This document shows, in pieces, positions 57,801-64,000 of a stretch of 64,000 nucleotides of DNA. The notes under the pieces are model-generated. The model was not told the origin of the DNA and ran no database searches. It worked only from the letters and a program-made list of their open reading frames with translations. Position 1 is the first letter of the stretch; the number at the start of each line of letters is the position of its first letter. The position numbers were made by a program, and so were the translations under genes. Where the stretch lies: NCBI GenBank assembly GCA_002269645.1, contig NIVC01000495.1:83083-147082 (forward strand), read 5' to 3'. The stretch is from Macrostomum lignano. Its lineage: Eukaryota.

Positions 57801-59778
57801 GCTTAGCTATTTTGAATCAAATATAGACCTAATTAGAATATATTAATCCAAACCAAATATACTAAATCTCTAATATTTGCTTGTATGCTTAATTATTTAT
57901 ATTAGGCCTAGTAGGCAGGCTTCAAGTTTACTCACTAATTCATTAGTATAATTAATAGTATTATTAGGGTTCAACTTTTCTTTAGCCCTAGGCCTAGCAC
58001 TATATATAACTTGGTATATATAAATTTTGGTAGGCTAGGCCTAGTATATTTAATTTTAAATTTCAATTCTATTTAGCAATGATTTATTTTGGCTAGGCCT
58101 AGGGCTTAAATTAAATAGGTTTGATATCAAATCAAATAGTCAATTTTGTGTAAAATGGATTAAAAACTTAATAGGCCTACATTAAAATTAAGTCCTTAAA
58201 GCTATAGAGTTCTATCCTAGGCTAGATAGAATTAAGGCCCTATACTATATCTAGGCAAGGCATAGCTAATAGCTAATATAGGCAACTAATACTATAATGC
58301 TTTGGCTAGAAATATATCAACAATATAGACAAATCTGGCTCTGTTAATAAAAAATAATAACCCAGTCATATACTAGCAAATGGTTTACTAGTCAAGCTCT
58401 ATTTTTTATTTAGCAATTAACATTACTATTTATATATAGAAATACCATTATATTATATAGATAGGTCTTGGATATATGCGCCTTTTATATACCATAACAC
58501 TAACTGAAGAAAAAGCATAAATTTTAGGGCCCATATTTTTAGGTGTATAGAACTGCTTAAATTAAATTAAGCCATTGGCATTGGCATTGCCAATATATAT
58601 GTAAAATGTAAAAGGGTATAACCGTTTCAATGAAAGAACTTTTTTGTGCATATATGCACAAATGTTTTCAATACAATGTAAAATAAAGCTAGAAATACAT
58701 GCAGCGCTACACCACTACATTCATTGCTGGGCTGCAAGGCCATGTTTTCCGAGGATAGAATGGCCTCATGAGTGGGACACGGCTGTGTCGCCAGACTGTC
58801 TGGAAGCCGGCCTATTTAATATTATAATATAGCAATGAAATATACACTACTTTATAGCCAAGAACTTTTTCAAAGTCAAATATTTTTTAAATGGCCAATA
58901 CAATATTAGCATTATAGCCTACTTTATAGCAATATCTGGTTATTTTTTCTAATTAGGTCTAAACCTAGAATTGCACTCACTCTTAGTCTCTCTTACTCTC
59001 TAGAATAAAAACTGATATTTTTTGCATATGACTATATGGGAAGCAAAGGCTTAGGCCCTACTTTTTTCTACTCAACTCAACTCACTCAACTACTAGGCCT
59101 ACCGCCTACCTACTACTAAACTTCTACCTGGCTAGGCCCACTGGGGCTGGCCTAGGCCTAGGAGTAGGAGTAGGCCTATACCAAGTGGCTAGATTACCTT
59201 TTAAACAACACAATTAACTTCACTTAAATAAACCAGACTTGTTAGTTCGTTTAATACCATAGTATTAGAATTTAGAATTAGAACCAATTATTTTATTAAA
59301 AAATCTCTACTAAGCTACAGGTACAGCACAACCTAGGTCTAATTCAATGCCTTATAGTAGTAAGCCTAGTTTAGGCATGTCATGTGTAGGCTTAGCCACA
59401 CAGCCTTCACCCCAGCTCAGTTTTAGAACTACATGGATTTTAGACCCTAGTTTCCTAGTTGCCGGCCAGCAGCACGCACGCACGTGCCTTCAGCGAGTAG
59501 AAAGCATTTAAATTTAAGCTGCAAGGGCCTAGGCCTACCGTCATGATGCATGTCTAAAACTAACTAACAAGAAACCCACAGCAGAAAGAGAGTCCTGCAA
59601 CAAGCTACTAAAACATGAATGCATTTATTGGCGCTAAAAAGTTAACTAGCTTTGTTGATATTGTAACAATCATTTTTCGATTAACCAGCAAGCTGAGACA
59701 GCAACCAGCATGCTGTCATACCGTAAACAAAAAACTTAAATCGTGCTGCTTTCGTTAGTTTTAAGCAAACACGGGTGG
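51826..59778. repeat. Giant inverted repeat: arms 51826-55619 and 55986-59778, 366-bp spacer
   Basis: Outer ends CCACCCGTGTTTGCTTAAAAC... / ...GTTTTAAGCAAACACGGGTGG; inner ends ...CCTACCTACTAGGCT / AGCCTAGTAGGTAGG...; only about three differences noticed; mirrored ORFs in the track (52772-52960 vs 58644-58832). Confidence 0.97.
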
Positions 59779-60044
59779 ATAAGCAAAAAATCAAGGACGA
59801 CTTAAGTAGAAGGACGGGAAACCTCGTTTCTTAGAAAAGTTTTGAAGGCACTTTTTCCCGAAAAAATACACTACGGAGATAGGAAGTTTTCATTTTTTCA
59901 GCACAAAAATTGTTATTGCGTTTGATAGGAGGCAGATCCAGTGTTCATCTTTTGATATGTTGTGCCTTTTTTATTGCTCTATCGATATTTAAAAAGCTTT
60001 TCGTTCAGAAAATTAGGATTCTATGTTAATTTTTTATTTGCAGC

Positions 60045-60975
60045 CAGTCCTGACACTAATTTGATTTGCAACCAGTCCTGACACTAATTTGATTTGCAGC
60101 CAGTCCTGACACTAATTTGATTTGCAGCCAGTCCTAACACTAATTTGATTTGCAGCCAGTCCTGACACTAATTTGATTTGCAGCCAGTCCTGACACTAAT
60201 TTGATTTGCAGCCAGTCCTGACACTAATTTGATTTGCAGCCAGTCCTGACACTAATTTGATTTGCAACCAGTCTTGACACTAATTTGATTTGCAGCCAGT
60301 TTTGACACAAATTTAATTTGCAGCCAGTCCTGACACTAATTTGATTTGCAACCAGTCCTGACACTAATTTGATTTGCAGCCAGTCCTGACACTCATTTGA
60401 TTTGCAACCAGTCCTGACACTAATTTGATTTGCAGCCAGTCCTGACACTGATTTGATTTGCAACCAGTCCTGACACTAATTTGATTTGCAGCCAGTCCTG
60501 ACACTGATTTGATTTGCAACCAGTCCTGACACTAATTTGATTTGCAGCCAGTCCTGACACTAATTTGATTTGCAGCCAGTCCTGACACTGATTTGATTTG
60601 CAACCAGTCCTGACACTAATTTGATTTGCAACCAGTCCTGACACTAATTTGATTTGCAACCAGTCCTGACACTAATTCGATTTGCAGCCAGTCCTGACAC
60701 TAATTTGATTTGCAACCAGTCCTGACACTAATTTGATTTGCAACCAGTCCTGACACTAATTTGATTTGCAACCAGTCCTGACACTAATTCGATTTGCAGC
60801 CAGTCCTGACACTAATTTGATTTGCAACCAGTCCTGACACTAATTTGATTTGCAGCCAGTCCTGACACTAATTTGATTTGCAACCAGTCCTGACACTAAT
60901 TTGATTTGCAGCCAGTCCTGACACTAATTTGATTTGCAACCAGTCCTGACACTAATTTGATTTGCAGCCAGTCCC
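60045..60975. repeat. 28-bp minisatellite ending in the splice acceptor of the acidic-protein gene
   Basis: GATTTGCAGCCAGTCCTGACACTAATTT x ~33; the last unit runs into ...TTTGCAG|CCAGTCCCAGCCATAATG. Confidence 0.95.
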
Positions 60976-60982
60976 AGCCATA

Positions 60983-61435
60983 ATGTCCACTGAGAACAGC
61001 AACGACCAGGAGGCTTCGGTTGACCGGGACCTAAACTTGAAGAAGCCCGCCAACGACCTTGCCGACGATTCCTGCGAGGGCGAAGGTGCCAACGGCGAAG
61101 AGGGCGACGCCGCCGGCGAGGACAACAGCCGCGCCAACGAATCTGACGATGACGAGGACGAGGGCGAGAGCGACGCTGAGGAGGATGAAGGAGAGGAGCC
61201 CGGCGAGGGCTACGGGGATGGCGATGGCGAAAGCGAGGCCGCTGCCAACAACAGTCGGAAGCGTCGCGTTGAGGATAACGAAGACGAAGAGGACGAGGAG
61301 GAGGTCGGCGACCAGGACTTCGACGAGGACGAGGCTGAGGAGGCCGTGCCGGAGAAGCGGTCGCGCCGAGCGCTGCCAGGCGACAGCAACAGCAACAGTC
61401 GGCAGTCGGTGGACGAGGTCAGCTCGTCTGCTTGA
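60983..61435 (+). CDS. Asp/Glu-rich protein N-terminus with NLS-like motifs (identity unknown; may splice at 61417)
   Basis: MSTENSNDQEASVDRDLNLKKP...RKRRVEDNEDEEDEEE...PEKRSRR; GC-rich codon usage like the other exons; possible donor GAG|gtcagc at 61418. Confidence 0.65.
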   Translation: MSTENSNDQEASVDRDLNLKKPANDLADDSCEGEGANGEEGDAAGEDNSRANESDDDEDEGESDAEEDEGEEPGEGYGDGDGESEAAANNSRKRRVEDNEDEEDEEEVGDQDFDEDEAEEAVPEKRSRRALPGDSNSNSRQSVDEVSSSA

Positions 61436-61526
61436 GCTCTGGTGATTTGGTGGCACCAGCTGCTGCCCGTGCTGACATGTGCGAGTGGTATTATACATAA
61501 TCAGTGGGAAAGTGCAGGCAACGATC

Positions 61527-62140
61527 AGGGTTCAGGCCTCAGAACTCAGGTGACACACATCTCCCCTCAGATCAGGCCTCAGAACTCAGGTGACACACAT
61601 CTCCCCTCAGATCAGGCCTCAGAACTCAGGTGACACACATCTCCCCTCAGATCAGGCCTCAGAACTCCGGTGACACACATCTCCCCTCAGATCAGGCCTC
61701 AGAACTCAGGTGACACACATCTCCCCTCAGATCAGGCCTCAGAACTCAGGTGACACACATCTCCCCTCAGATCAGGCCTCAGAACTCCGGTGACACACAT
61801 CTCCCCTCAGATCAGGCCTCAGAACTCAGGTGACACACATCTCCCCTCAGATCAGGCCTCAGAACTCAGGTGACACACATCTCCCCTCAGATCAGGCCTC
61901 AGAACTCCGGTGACACACATCTCCCCTCAGATCAGGCCTCAGAACTCAGGTGACACACATCTCCCCTCAGATCAGGCCTCAGAACTCAGGTGACACACAT
62001 CTCCCCTCAGATCAGGCCTCAGAACTCAGGTGACACACATCTCCCCTCAGATCAGGCCTCAGAACTCAGGTGACACAAATCTCCCCTCAGATCAGGCCTC
62101 AGAACTCAGGTGACACAAATCTCCCCTCAGATCAGGCCTC
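61527..62140. repeat. 40-bp minisatellite
   Basis: CTCCCCTCAGATCAGGCCTCAGAACTCAGGTGACACACAT x ~15. Confidence 0.95.
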
Positions 62141-62839
62141 ATTAATTCGAACTCATTAAACCAAGCAAGAAGTGTCCCACACACCAGCTGGTGAAGTCAG
62201 CGGCACAAGGCAATATTATTCATTGTTGTAAGAGCAGCTGTATTCCAAATACCTTTTTGTTCTTTGTTGTTTAAATGTTTGTTTTTTTAACTATTAATTA
62301 CACTAGCTAGCCCATTTAACTTTACTGTTTCACGTCGTCACAATTTGGACTCACTGTGCTCAACTATCTTATTAATGTTTTAGCAAGGTTGTGTTAATAG
62401 GTGTTTCAATTTTACTGAACTTAATGCTAGAATAATGTTTATGTATTATAGTTAACCTATAGCTCTGCTCGACATTAAATTGCAGTTAAAATTCACAGCA
62501 TAAAGACCACGACAAATGCGTATTAATTGGCTCTCTACTGCCAGCACTAGTAGTATATCCAGTTTTTTATAGTTTTTATCGACATAATAATCAAAGGTTT
62601 GTTAGTCAGCATTTACAAAGGCACAGGTGTTACCCGTCAGCAGCTGCTTTTATTATCTAATTATTATTTTATCAATTTACTGCGCTGTCAGTTTTAATTG
62701 TCTGTGGAATGCGGCGTCTACTAACTAAGTAGGCTCTAACGTGTTTTGTTAGTATTGTAAACGTTGGTTTTGTTGGCTGTTGTTTTTTTTTACTTTTTTT
62801 CATTCAGTTATTGGTTAGCTCCACAGATACTAGATTAAC

Positions 62840-63231
62840 TAGATGGGCCACTCAGCACATTTGCGTGTAAACTACTTTTAGTTCAGTAGTATGTTAAACA
62901 GAAGCATTATATTAGCTCTTAACTCTTAACCCCCTCCCTAACTTAAACCCTCCAACTGCGCCTTTCCACACTACCCCCTCCCCCCACCCGCCAATTTTTA
63001 TTGCCTTTCTCGGAATTCCAGCCTAAAGCTGGCATGTACATTTCAGTGGACTGTCTAATGTACATTATTGCTGAACCAATTAGCAAGTTGTTTACGCCTG
63101 CAAGCTTGGGCTTCTAAACTTATCAAAGTCATTTCAGCTGCCTTCAGCTGCCTTTATTTTTATAAAATAGCTTATGTATTCTTCTTTGCTACTGAACTGA
63201 AAGTAGAAAGTTAATTAGAGTGGCCCATCTA
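62840..63231. mobile_element. ~390-bp MITE with 14-bp TIR TAGATGGGCCACTC
   Basis: TAGATGGGCCACTC ... GAGTGGCCCATCTA; a related copy lacking the right TIR starts at ~29995 (ATGGGCCACTCAGCACATTTGCGTGTAA ... TTGCTACTGAAAGTAGAAA). Confidence 0.72.
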
Positions 63232-63524
63232 TCTGTGCTCAAACCTGATACGAAGACTGATTTTTGTCGTCATTGTCGCTGAACAGCTAAAAATTAATTA
63301 ATTAATTACTACTTCATTCGTTAATAAATTTGTTTTAAATGCACCTGTGTGTTTAGTGAAAAGTTTTTTTTTCATTTTTAATAAATACATTTTATTTAAC
63401 CATCTACAGAATTTTTCTGTTTCGCGTCGTTTACAAATCCAGATGTGCCGCTGTCCTGCTTGCATTGTTATACTCGGGGATCCTGTGGGTTAATAGCATT
63501 GCCTGACTTATCTAACACCCTTAC

Positions 63525-63958
63525 AGGTGCTTTAGCTCACCCTGTAACATCCCTGTCTAACACCCTAGCTGGTAGGCTTTAGCTCACCCTGTAACATCCC
63601 TGTCTAACACCCTAGCTGGTAGGCTTTAGCTCACCCTGTAACATCACTGTCTAACACCCTAGCTGGTAGGCTTTAGCTCACCCTGTAACATCCCTGTCTA
63701 ACACCTAGCTGGTAGGCTTTAGCTCACCCTGTAACATCCCTGTCTAGCACCCTAGCTGGTAGGCTTTAGCTCACCCTGTAACATCACTGTCTAACACCCT
63801 AGCTGGTAGGCTTTAGCTCACCCTGTAACATCTCTGTCTAACACCCTAGCTGGTAGGCTTTAGCTCACCCTGTAACATCCCTGTCTAACACCTTAGCTGG
63901 TAGGCTTTAGCTCACCCTGTAACATCTCTGTCTAACACCCTAGCTGGTAGGCTTTAGC
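63525..63958. repeat. 47-bp minisatellite
   Basis: CCTGTAACATCCCTGTCTAACACCCTAGCTGGTAGGCTTTAGCTCAC x ~9. Confidence 0.93.
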
Positions 63959-64000
63959 ACTCCGGAACTTCACTGTCTGAAAAGACACAATGAGCAATTA

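Noticed and set aside
60045-63958. CRISPR-like appearance of the 28-47-bp repeats
   Set aside because: Units are head-to-tail with no unique spacers, there are no cas genes, and the context is eukaryotic.

Overview
Eukaryotic animal genomic DNA with spliceosomal GT-AG introns, GC-rich exons and AT-rich introns. The architecture (a different minisatellite in almost every long intron, ATG-proximal splice acceptors) suggests a free-living flatworm such as Macrostomum; this is inference. Six genes were assembled by hand from splice sites and reading phase. (1) A 10-exon, 5'-incomplete class B1 GPCR, PDF-receptor-like (+, 607-15838). (2) A 5-exon NR1J/HR96-DAF-12-like nuclear receptor (-, 18931-22403). 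(3) DCAF11/WDR23 (-, 26607-31200). (4) RPRD1, a CID protein (-, 31663-40067). (5) An uncharacterised tandem MATH-like plus coiled-coil protein (+, 43272-49259). (6) A highly acidic ORF/first exon (+, 60983-61435). Most long ORFs in the supplied track are artefacts of tandem repeats. The 7.2-kb RPRD1 intron is a nested stack of DNA transposons (mariner > hAT > MITE; Harbinger-like > MITE) carrying two decayed fragments of the 28S rRNA R2/I-PpoI target region. A ~7.95-kb near-perfect palindrome (51826-59778) has arms almost free of CpG and rich in TAG/CTAG, resembling RIP-like C-to-T hypermutation. Several minisatellites are tandem amplifications of splice signals. RPRD1-DCAF11 looks like a trans-spliced operon.
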